Source: a virus. From it: a stretch of DNA of 64,000 nt. Positions 45,661-54,104 of this stretch are shown one piece after another. Position numbers and translations under genes: made by a program. The notes below the pieces were generated by a model, which had not been told where the DNA came from, did no database searches, and saw only the letters and a list, made by a program, of their open reading frames with translations. Location of the stretch: IMG/VR virus record IMGVR_UViG_3300045592_000030; one strand, given 5' to 3'. The stretch's first letter is position 1. Each line of letters begins with the position of its first letter.

Positions 45661-48600
45661 TTAGAATGGTAAGTCCTCGTCCTGCTGTTTCACCGCTGCT
45701 GTTTCCTGTTGTGGTGCCGCATAACGTTTCTTGCCCTGCTTGCGGTCTTGATAGTCCTGCAAGCGTTGCTTCTCATCATCGGTGAGTGCAACCACATTGC
45801 CGTTCTCATCGCGGAAGGGTGCGGGGTCAGGCTGACGGATGAAGTCCTTATAGTGCTGCATCAGTTCGTCACGTCCTGCAGGTATCTTGTCTTTGTCGGT
45901 GCGATAGAAAAAGACGACGTACTGCGATTGTTCCAACTGACGGATGGCCTTCGGTTCAACCGTGGTATCGCCTTTCCACTCATTGCCCGCAAAATAGATT
46001 TCCGTTACCCATGCCTTTAAAGATAAGTAACGACGACGCTCCTCGCGGCTGTCCTTCTTGTAGAGACGTGGCGGATTGCACACGACATTGATAGTCTGGC
46101 AATAGTCGAGGATGCGCTGATAGAACGCCTTGCGCGAATATTTGTCAGCCTTAGAGTCGCTGGCATCGGTGTAGTCGCGGATGTATTCTTGCATGGCTGA
46201 GTCCAAATCCACAGGATTGCCATATATCCATTCCTGCTCAAAGAAGCTCTGAGCAAAGCGGACAAAGCTATCACTGAGCGAGCGAACCAACGTGCGGTAG
46301 CGCAAATCATCCTGCGGTGCATCTACCTTTTCGTCGTACTTCATCACGAACTGCACGGCCAGCGCACAGATATAAGCAATCTGATTGCGCGTCTCCAATT
46401 TCATGTTATCGACATTGCCAGTCGTGAAGTCAGGCATGATGTCGGAAATCTGACGTGCCGCCCGGTTCTGTATGCTGTTCTCGCCACAGAAGCGGTGAGA
46501 GAAACCACCGATACACAAACGGCGCATACTGGAGTCATCCATATCGGACGGCGGATAGTTGCTGCTGACGATCATACCAGGCGAACCGTCAAGTTCTATC
46601 TGTTTGGCGTTGTCGAACATCTTACGCACACTGATACCGCTCGTAATGAAGTTGTAGAGCATCTTGATACTGTCGCGGCTCTCCCAATCTTCCCAGTGGA
46701 TGACACGGTGATGGTGCAAGCGGAAAGTAGCCAACGACTTGGCAAGGTTGTTCTTATCCTCAAGGTTCTTACAGTCCACGTTATAGACGTAACCGGCACA
46801 CGCGGCAAAGACTTTTACGAAAGAGCTCTTACCACTACCGCCCTGTGCCTTGCGCTCGTTATCGACGGTATTCTCCATGAGATAGGGAAGGCAGTTGCTC
46901 TTGCTGTCGCGGTACCGCCAAAGGATGCGCCCAAGGCAAAAGATAAGATTGGCAAAGTGGCCGTTAAGTTCCGCCATCTGGTCATCGTCGAAGTCGCTGC
47001 CATTGCGCAACAGTTCCTCTTCAACATCCCAATGCTCGTTGGCAAAGCCGCGGAGCACACGTAGCGACGGCCACATGTCGCGGATATTAGATGTTGTAAA
47101 GTCTATCAGCCAGCGGTGCAAGCGTCCCCATACGCTAAGGTCGCTGCGCTGCTGGGCAATCTGCTGCAAGGTGTAAAGAGGATGCCCGTTGTCGTCGGTC
47201 TGATTGCGGTGTTCCTCTATGAGATCCTTGCGGCCTATGTATTCGGGGTTTTCATCAATTGTGAAAGGTACGTTGTCGTCCTTAAACGGTGTGGCATAAC
47301 GCCAGTGGAGCACCTCGCTGCGATCAACGTTGAAATCAAGCTGCGTATAGGGAATTAAACGGATGTCGGTCTTGGTGATCCGCAAAGCCCCATTCTCATA
47401 GAAGAAATGCTCCACGTCTTTGCCATATCCGCCAGTATAGTCCACCTTGAAAGGAGGAATGGCGGCAATCGACTTTTCGTTAATCTCCTTGCTGTGCGCT
47501 ACGGCTTGCTTCATCAGTACAAAGTCATCGGTGCCGGTACGCGCTACCGATTTAGCATATTCAACCAATGCGCTGTTGGCAGCTGCTACCATCGACGGTT
47601 TATCGAGCTCATCGACAAAAGGCCAGTCAAGATGAACAAAACGTCCTATCTTATCTGTGCTTTCATCATCGACATCACGCACATAGCCCTCACTTGCCAT
47701 GAACTCCCACACGGTTGCAGGATTGATGATGTAGTAAGTCTCTTTTAGATTGCCATTGCGGTCGCGGTTCTCCTTATATTCAAACGGATTGGTTGTAACA
47801 GCCGATGAGAAACACTTGCTGAACAGTTTGTTCAGGTCGCCATCGTAACGGTACCGCTCCTCATAGGGCATGTTGTAAGCGAGGAAGAAATCGCGCACCG
47901 TATGCACGGGACGATTGTAGAGCCGGGCATAACGCTGATAGACGACGCTATGGAAGGTATCGGGTAACTGCGCACGGTAAACATCACGATGACGACGGCA
48001 AATCATGCGCGAGATACGCAACGACTTCATATCGCCGGGAAAGAGAATATAAACGTTATCAGCAAAGCGAGCCAGCTGCCGATGGTGAACCGTAGAAAAG
48101 TCAACGCGCCCGTAAGTAAAGGCAACATGATAATATATCTTTGCGTCGCTGCCTTCGGTGTAGGTATGTCGAAGTGCTTGCAAGTGATAGAACGTAGCCA
48201 CGGCATCCTGTGGTGTGGTGCAATAGACTACCGCACGCGCCTTGATGTCCTTATCCTCAATCGGTACATCTACCTGGTCGCGCCCTTGCCATACGGTGTT
48301 TGTCTCTTTGACATCCTCCATCGTCGAGACTTCATCGATGGCACGGCGCACGCCAGTAGTGCGCTCGTCGGCATAGTTCTTTGCCAAAGCAAACACGCGG
48401 TCTCCGGTGAGCCAGCGACCAATCTTGCGAGGCGTATCCTCGTCGTTGTTGGAGAAGGGTATCGGTGCATCGTCGGTACCGGGACGGAACAGGCAACCAC
48501 ACTGCATACTGTCATCGGTGAAACAGACAAACAAAGGATTGAATGGTGTGCCGTGGATAACCTCGGACACTTCTTCTCCCTTGCGCATGACTGCTGGAAG

Positions 48601-49164
48601 GGTCGCGCTCTGTAAGGAGTAGATTCGGAAATCCTTGTTAATCATATCCGGCGTGAAATAGCTGCTGTTCTCGCGCCATGTGTCAAAGCCATAACGGATA
48701 ACGCCTTTGGCATCGAGCTTGACCGTACAGCCTAACGATTGCAACTCCTGCGGCGTAAAATCAGCCGTAGGCATAAACGTAAAAGTCTGTTGCGGTCGCT
48801 CGGCAATGGTACGCAAGTCGCGCTGATAAAGTTCGGGGTAGTCGATACCCTGCAACTTAGCCAATTCCAAGCACACCTGGCGTAGGTCATCGCCATCCAT
48901 CGGCAACTCCCTCACTGCTGCCAACAGCTCGACGGCTCCATAGCCGGTGCGCTTGGTTTCGGTACACATCCATTTCATCACGGGGGTACCATAGAGTCCA
49001 CCCTTGATATTCTTGTATATGATAAAATGCGGTGTCGTGCTCTTCCCCTTGCAGAACGGACAGAAGCACGCAATGCGGTCGGCATCGTGCTGCGTGTCCG
49101 ACGGCTTCACCAACAGCGTGAGCGGTAATGCCGCCAGTGTGTCTATAATAGGGGAATATCTCAT
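45661..49164 (-). CDS. Primase-helicase fusion (zinc-ribbon N-terminus, P-loop NTPase)
   Basis: 1167 aa with CFCPFCKGKS...C near the N-terminus and Walker A AQGGSGKSS. The C-terminus ends in QQDEDLPF. Confidence 0.7.
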   Translation of the reverse strand: MRYSPIIDTLAALPLTLLVKPSDTQHDADRIACFCPFCKGKSTTPHFIIYKNIKGGLYGTPVMKWMCTETKRTGYGAVELLAAVRELPMDGDDLRQVCLELAKLQGIDYPELYQRDLRTIAERPQQTFTFMPTADFTPQELQSLGCTVKLDAKGVIRYGFDTWRENSSYFTPDMINKDFRIYSLQSATLPAVMRKGEEVSEVIHGTPFNPLFVCFTDDSMQCGCLFRPGTDDAPIPFSNNDEDTPRKIGRWLTGDRVFALAKNYADERTTGVRRAIDEVSTMEDVKETNTVWQGRDQVDVPIEDKDIKARAVVYCTTPQDAVATFYHLQALRHTYTEGSDAKIYYHVAFTYGRVDFSTVHHRQLARFADNVYILFPGDMKSLRISRMICRRHRDVYRAQLPDTFHSVVYQRYARLYNRPVHTVRDFFLAYNMPYEERYRYDGDLNKLFSKCFSSAVTTNPFEYKENRDRNGNLKETYYIINPATVWEFMASEGYVRDVDDESTDKIGRFVHLDWPFVDELDKPSMVAAANSALVEYAKSVARTGTDDFVLMKQAVAHSKEINEKSIAAIPPFKVDYTGGYGKDVEHFFYENGALRITKTDIRLIPYTQLDFNVDRSEVLHWRYATPFKDDNVPFTIDENPEYIGRKDLIEEHRNQTDDNGHPLYTLQQIAQQRSDLSVWGRLHRWLIDFTTSNIRDMWPSLRVLRGFANEHWDVEEELLRNGSDFDDDQMAELNGHFANLIFCLGRILWRYRDSKSNCLPYLMENTVDNERKAQGGSGKSSFVKVFAACAGYVYNVDCKNLEDKNNLAKSLATFRLHHHRVIHWEDWESRDSIKMLYNFITSGISVRKMFDNAKQIELDGSPGMIVSSNYPPSDMDDSSMRRLCIGGFSHRFCGENSIQNRAARQISDIMPDFTTGNVDNMKLETRNQIAYICALAVQFVMKYDEKVDAPQDDLRYRTLVRSLSDSFVRFAQSFFEQEWIYGNPVDLDSAMQEYIRDYTDASDSKADKYSRKAFYQRILDYCQTINVVCNPPRLYKKDSREERRRYLSLKAWVTEIYFAGNEWKGDTTVEPKAIRQLEQSQYVVFFYRTDKDKIPAGRDELMQHYKDFIRQPDPAPFRDENGNVVALTDDEKQRLQDYQDRKQGKKRYAAPQQETAAVKQQDEDLPF

Positions 49165-49190
49165 TTGTTGTTTTGAATAAAAGGGAAGAG

Positions 49191-49955
49191 TCAGTCTTTG
49201 TCAGTTGGGATGTACTGGTTCATAATGCACCAGACGTTCCATGTGCTGCGGATGGCATCGCAAAGGGCATTGTGAGTGCCACCACTAACAAGACTGTTTA
49301 AGATGTCGGTTGTTTCTTTGGGTATCTCCGGGATATACTTATAAACCATATTCGGATTCTTCACCCATTCGTTTTTTATAGCGCACCACTCATTTTTAGG
49401 AACACCAAAGAGATAACCACCAGTTCTACCAGTTCTATTTCTACGCGCACACACTATTGCATAAGCCAAGCCGCCTTCGAGAACAAAAGTGCGGGCATCA
49501 CGAAAACGAGTGTGCTCAATTGGGAAATCATGTAGCTTCACTCCCATAAAGCGCGACATGGCCGATTTCAAGATAGCAATATCGGTATCGGGACCTTGGC
49601 ACCAAAGATTAACTTCATCGGCATTCGTCGATTTCTTCAATCTGTCGATATAACCGAAGAAGTCACCAATAGATTTCTCAACCGTATCACTTTTGCCGTT
49701 AAGCGTCTGTTTTACTTTTTCGTCTTGCTCTTGCCACCATTCCTGCGTATCTCTGTCGAAGTCGCAACCACCAACAAACTGACCGTTCAACGCTACATTG
49801 TACAAGAAAAAGGTATCTCCTTCATCTTTCTTACTTACAATAAACGGAGTATTGCGATTTTCTCTATCCCACGCCACGGCACCTATCTGCAAGATTGCTG
49901 CATTGGCGCTAAGGGATGTGGTTTCTAAGTCGAAGGTAATATCAAGTAACTTCAT
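49191..49955 (-). CDS. DEDDh 3'-5' exonuclease (DnaQ/epsilon-like)
   Basis: ExoI FDLETTS, ExoII QGPDTDIAIL, ExoIII HNALCDA. Confidence 0.7.
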   Translation of the reverse strand: MKLLDITFDLETTSLSANAAILQIGAVAWDRENRNTPFIVSKKDEGDTFFLYNVALNGQFVGGCDFDRDTQEWWQEQDEKVKQTLNGKSDTVEKSIGDFFGYIDRLKKSTNADEVNLWCQGPDTDIAILKSAMSRFMGVKLHDFPIEHTRFRDARTFVLEGGLAYAIVCARRNRTGRTGGYLFGVPKNEWCAIKNEWVKNPNMVYKYIPEIPKETTDILNSLVSGGTHNALCDAIRSTWNVWCIMNQYIPTDKD

Positions 49956-50416
49956 ATATTTTGTTTTATCTTTAGTTTTCTAATTTTTGTTCTACAATCA
50001 AAGTTCCATCGTCCGGCATCTGTAGTATTCAGGAAGTCATCAACCGGCATTTGCTGTATAGTGCCTATCGCGGAAGCTTTGAAACGGCTCTCGACGAGTA
50101 ATATCAAATCTTCCAACGAGCAGAAACGATCATGCAAGTTTACGATGCTTACCTGCCAACGCCAATAGCCGTGCCCGTTGAGATAACGGAAATCATGCTC
50201 ACGCGACATCACAAAGTCGTCGGCTGCACCCTTGCCGTTGGATGGGATAAGAAACGTGAAGATATTGCAGAGCGTGCGAAAGGAGATACCGCGAAAATGG
50301 AACGTTATCACGCCATCCTCCACCATCACACAATAGGCCACACGCTGCGGAATGAACCACGCCGTGCCATACCGCGCAAAATAGCGAAAGCCATACCCTG
50401 CTATCCTCCAGTTCAT
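49952..50416 (-). CDS. Hypothetical protein
   Basis: 154-aa ORF with 4-nt overlaps on both sides. Confidence 0.5.
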   Translation of the reverse strand: MNWRIAGYGFRYFARYGTAWFIPQRVAYCVMVEDGVITFHFRGISFRTLCNIFTFLIPSNGKGAADDFVMSREHDFRYLNGHGYWRWQVSIVNLHDRFCSLEDLILLVESRFKASAIGTIQQMPVDDFLNTTDAGRWNFDCRTKIRKLKIKQNI

Positions 50417-50898
50417 GCCGCGCCTTTCTGTGCTTGCACGTAGTCGCTGATGATCTTGCTAACACCACAACGCTCGTAAGGTTTCCAATCATCAGCGTTG
50501 AAACGCTTGATGATTGTTACATCGCTCATCATACCTTTTTCGTGCATGATGTTCTTAAAGGCTGTTATCAAGCCGGGCACCTGACCAATGGCACGCCAGA
50601 AACCGCCATCGCTATTGTCAAGCGACAAAGCGAAAGCATAACCTTTGGTTCCGTCGGCATCCTCGCTTTCCATCATTTCTTTCTCATGCGCCTTGAGGAA
50701 GTCCGACTTAATGGCATCTACACCATCAAGCTCCCAGGGATGAAAACCCTTCTGAAAGAAACGGTCATAAGCAAAACCATTGCTGGCGCCATGCTGCACC
50801 AACAACGCAAACAAAGCCTTCTTTTCGTCAGGAGATAAATCGTCTACCCCTAATGGACTTTTTGTTTGCAAGATTTTGTCAAAAACAGACATTTTCAT
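50413..50898 (-). CDS. Hypothetical protein (first gene of the replication operon)
   Basis: 161-aa ORF downstream of a host-type promoter. Confidence 0.55.
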   Translation of the reverse strand: MKMSVFDKILQTKSPLGVDDLSPDEKKALFALLVQHGASNGFAYDRFFQKGFHPWELDGVDAIKSDFLKAHEKEMMESEDADGTKGYAFALSLDNSDGGFWRAIGQVPGLITAFKNIMHEKGMMSDVTIIKRFNADDWKPYERCGVSKIISDYVQAQKGAA

Positions 50899-50933
50899 TT
50901 CTTAGTCTAATATATATATTGTAAATTTGTATG

Positions 50934-50963
50934 CAAAGGTAAACAAAATATTGTTATCACAAA
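50934..50963 (-). promoter_or_regulatory. Host-type promoter TTTG-N18-TACCTTTG
   Basis: Minus strand match. Divergent from the + strand HTH gene. Confidence 0.5.
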
Positions 50964-51064
50964 TGTATTATCCATTTTATTTTTGGATTTTAACATTTTG
51001 AAAGAAACAATACATAAATAAAACGTTCAAAATCAACTATCGTATAACTCTAAATTCTGTTATT

Positions 51065-51835
51065 ATGGAGTATCGTTATAATTACAAGTTCTTGCAGTCA
51101 TGGATGACCGAGAACAACATCAGCAACCGCCGTATACTGAACTGCATCGGTACACAGGACAACAAAAGTATGAACGCATGGAAGAATGGGGAACGGCCTA
51201 TGCCCGTTGAGACTATCCTGCGCGTGTGCAACACCTTTTCTATTCCGCTTGCTTGTTTCTTCTTCGATATGGACGATGACGCACCGCAACAGATCCGCCG
51301 TCCGCAATCGGAAGAGGAATACGAACCCATCGGTGGCTATCCCAAGGACAGCGAGCGGGGCAACCGGCAGAACGTGAACCCGGCACCACGTTTTCATCAG
51401 AAAACACACATGCCAGCGGAATATCCGTCAATGCCGGTTTCTTCAAAGGAAACGCCTGCGAAAGATGAAAAGTCGGACGATAACAACGCGCCCGACAATA
51501 GCAGTCAGACTTCTGCACCTACACCTATTCCTACACCGACCATCAATGAGAACGATACCGACAATATCGCTCTATTGAAAATGGAACTGAAATGTCAACA
51601 GGGAATCATGCGCATCAAGGACGAGGCGCGTGCCCACGAAACAGCCATGCGCACGGAGTTCATCAAGCGCAACGAAAGACTGCGCGATAAGCTCTACGAC
51701 ATTATCAACAGTCAGAACGAGACGATCAAGATGCTCAACGCACAACTGGCTCAAATAGAAAAGAACAAAGGGGGCTACCTTTCATTCGACAGCGACCTGG
51801 TATCGGACAACAAAGGGGAAAGCGCACAACGCTGA
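51065..51835 (+). CDS. XRE/CI-like HTH regulator with coiled-coil C-terminus
   Basis: N-terminal LQSWMTENNISNRRILNCIGTQDNKSMNAWKNGERPMPVETILRV is HTH_3-like. Divergent from the replication operon. Confidence 0.6.
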   Translation: MEYRYNYKFLQSWMTENNISNRRILNCIGTQDNKSMNAWKNGERPMPVETILRVCNTFSIPLACFFFDMDDDAPQQIRRPQSEEEYEPIGGYPKDSERGNRQNVNPAPRFHQKTHMPAEYPSMPVSSKETPAKDEKSDDNNAPDNSSQTSAPTPIPTPTINENDTDNIALLKMELKCQQGIMRIKDEARAHETAMRTEFIKRNERLRDKLYDIINSQNETIKMLNAQLAQIEKNKGGYLSFDSDLVSDNKGESAQR

Positions 51836-51889
51836 TAGTGCCCTTTACGCCTAAACAGATTTAAGACTGCTTAGGCGGACACAACAGAA

Positions 51890-51919
51890 AATGCCGGTGT
51901 GCTCACGCATACCGGCATT
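51890..51919. terminator. Bidirectional hairpin terminator between convergent genes
   Basis: AATGCCGGT (51890-51898) pairs with ACCGGCATT (51911-51919). Confidence 0.55.
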
Positions 51920-52070
51920 CTAATCTTCTCAAAAATAATAACGTTCAAAATCAATACTCCTATCGATTTCTGTTACCTAATAACAATCATTTACCTTGAA
52001 CTAAAAACTAATACTAAAAACTAATCTACTAATCGTATGATAAAACCTGTAAAAAACCTTGCTAACCTTT

Positions 52071-52922
52071 CTATTTTGTTTCTTTCTTTTCATTGCAGAA
52101 CTTCTCAAAATCGCGCTGCGCCTGCATATATTCAGCAACTGACAGAGGCTTCATATCCTCGCTATTGCAAGGATAGTCAAGCGAAATATAGAAGTTGTGG
52201 AAGTAATGGAAGAAGGTAGGTGTATTTCCTATACCTTTCTTCTTTCCTTTCTGATTGGCATCACTGCGTAAGTCTGCGCCCACGACTTCATAGAACCGCG
52301 ACGTTGGCACCACGGGCAAAGAAAGACGCATACGCTCGGCAGACAAAGCCTTCATCTGATTTTGCGTATATCGCTTTTTGCCATTGGGTTTTTCTACGAT
52401 CATTCCTGATGGCACAAGGCGCATCAGCGAATAGAACTTCTTACCAGAGACGACGGAGTGAATGGCTGAAGTAATTTCCTCGTCAGTGAGTCCTTTCACA
52501 TCAAGGCGCAACCACTTTGCCCAGCCCTGCAAGTCGAACTTACCTTTTATTTCATCGAAAGTCTTTCCGATACCACTATAAATCCTATCACGGGTATTGC
52601 TCGGATGCATCTTGTCAGACATAAAAGCCATGCCATCATAGACGCAAACATTAGGTACATAACAACCATTGCCATCATCGGTCATGTCCTTACGCCAAAC
52701 GCTGGTATTCACCTTGCGCTCGTCGGCAAAGATAAGATAGGACACGCCACCGGCAAAGAAGTTAGGGTCGCTGATCCACTCGGAAGCTCCCATCTTCTTG
52801 CAGTATTTCTGCGCCTCCAGTTCTGCACGATAGGCACTGTGATGGAACCGCATCATCTTAAAACCGCGTGTGCCACGATGCAAATCACCATCATGGAATT
52901 TATAATAATACCGCTGTTGCAT
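52071..52922 (-). CDS. Hypothetical protein
   Basis: Start moved to ATG 52922 (MQQRYYYKF) because the track start at 52949 lies inside the -7 box at 52947-52954. Confidence 0.6.
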   Translation of the reverse strand: MQQRYYYKFHDGDLHRGTRGFKMMRFHHSAYRAELEAQKYCKKMGASEWISDPNFFAGGVSYLIFADERKVNTSVWRKDMTDDGNGCYVPNVCVYDGMAFMSDKMHPSNTRDRIYSGIGKTFDEIKGKFDLQGWAKWLRLDVKGLTDEEITSAIHSVVSGKKFYSLMRLVPSGMIVEKPNGKKRYTQNQMKALSAERMRLSLPVVPTSRFYEVVGADLRSDANQKGKKKGIGNTPTFFHYFHNFYISLDYPCNSEDMKPLSVAEYMQAQRDFEKFCNEKKETK

Positions 52923-52946
52923 AGACTTAATAATCAATTTTCGGTG

Positions 52947-52977
52947 CAAAGATAAGCAAAAAAGTTAAATTGACAAA
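52947..52977 (-). promoter_or_regulatory. Host-type promoter TTTG-N19-TATCTTTG
   Basis: Minus strand match to the -33/-7 consensus. Confidence 0.5.
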
Positions 52978-53050
52978 TTGAATGGACATAATATCCAAAA
53001 AATTTTCGTACTTTTGCCAAAACATAACATTCAATATCTTAATCTTACGT

Positions 53051-53368
53051 ATGAGTAAAAAGAAAGACGAGGATAAAGCCCCTAAGTTAATGGATTTCGT
53101 TGCAGTACAAAAGGTGGATGCCTTTTGTCGGCAATATCAGCCGGTCAGCAAACAGGACTACAATACAGAAGTCTATAATGAGATACGGCTCCGCAACTTC
53201 TTCAAGGCGGATGTTTGCCCTTGCGGTGATCCGCTTACCATATATCTGTCTTTATTAGAGAAAGAAGGATTTGAAATGTCAGTCAGCTTACAGGACGAGC
53301 CTGTATTGCTCGTTAAAGAAAGATATGACCCATCCTCATGGCATCCGTCCTACCGCGACTGCGACTAA
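53051..53368 (+). CDS. Hypothetical small protein
   Basis: Start taken at ATG 53051 (MSKKKDEDK), downstream of a TACTTTTG -7 box at 53009-53016. Confidence 0.45.
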   Translation: MSKKKDEDKAPKLMDFVAVQKVDAFCRQYQPVSKQDYNTEVYNEIRLRNFFKADVCPCGDPLTIYLSLLEKEGFEMSVSLQDEPVLLVKERYDPSSWHPSYRDCD

Positions 53369-54006
53369 AGTTTCCTGATATATCGCTGCCATAGCTTGCA
53401 AACGAGGCACACAATGACCACAACGACAAAGAAAACAATTTCAATCATACCTATCCACCAAAAAAAATCATGCTTCTGCCTTTGTTTCTGCATTACTTTG
53501 CTCGCTGATATGGAGTCGGTCTTTGCCAGGATGCTATCAATATTCAAAGCTGCTACCGATACTTGACTGTCGTTTCGTTGCTGTTGATTGGCCGATGAGT
53601 GATTTTTCTGCGTGCTGTTAACTGCAAATCTGTCTTTCTTGTGCGTGCTGGTCTTATCTATCGTGCGCTTTATAATCTTACCGTTGCCATCAAGTTCTGT
53701 TACTTCATGGATATAGACACTATCCTGATCATGTATACTATCACGCAACTGCTCCCCTACCCTATTGCTGTCAGCACTGGCAACAACAACAGCCACATTG
53801 CCACTGTCCTTCACTGATACGGATTGCTTTGTCTGCTGCTGTAAGACATTCACGCTGCGCGTATTCTCCACCATCTTGCTACTCTTGCAACTTACAAACA
53901 AAGGAACTAACAAAACAAGTAAACAAGCAATGTTGTTTACTTTAATATTTGCAAACCTACTTGCAACCTTGCTCGCAAGGTAAATAAAAACATTATTAGC
54001 TTTCAT
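53365..54006 (-). CDS. Envelope protein with N-terminal lipoprotein-type signal and C-terminal TM anchor
   Basis: N-terminus ...IACLLVLLVPLFVSC-KSS and C-terminus FFWWIGMIEIVFFVVVVIVCLVC. Driven by a late-type promoter. Confidence 0.6.
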   Translation of the reverse strand: MKANNVFIYLASKVASRFANIKVNNIACLLVLLVPLFVSCKSSKMVENTRSVNVLQQQTKQSVSVKDSGNVAVVVASADSNRVGEQLRDSIHDQDSVYIHEVTELDGNGKIIKRTIDKTSTHKKDRFAVNSTQKNHSSANQQQRNDSQVSVAALNIDSILAKTDSISASKVMQKQRQKHDFFWWIGMIEIVFFVVVVIVCLVCKLWQRYIRKL

Positions 54007-54038
54007 AATTCTATACTTTGATAATTGTTTATTTACTC

Positions 54039-54072
54039 CAAAGATAAGAATGAAGAAAGATAACTTAGGGAC
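54039..54072 (-). promoter_or_regulatory. Late-type promoter TGTCCCTAA-N18-TATCTTTG
   Basis: Minus strand reads GTCCCTAA + 18 nt + TATCTTTG, 32 nt before ATG 54006. Confidence 0.6.
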
Positions 54073-54104
54073 AAACTTTCACACAAGCAAGCATAATATC
54101 AATA

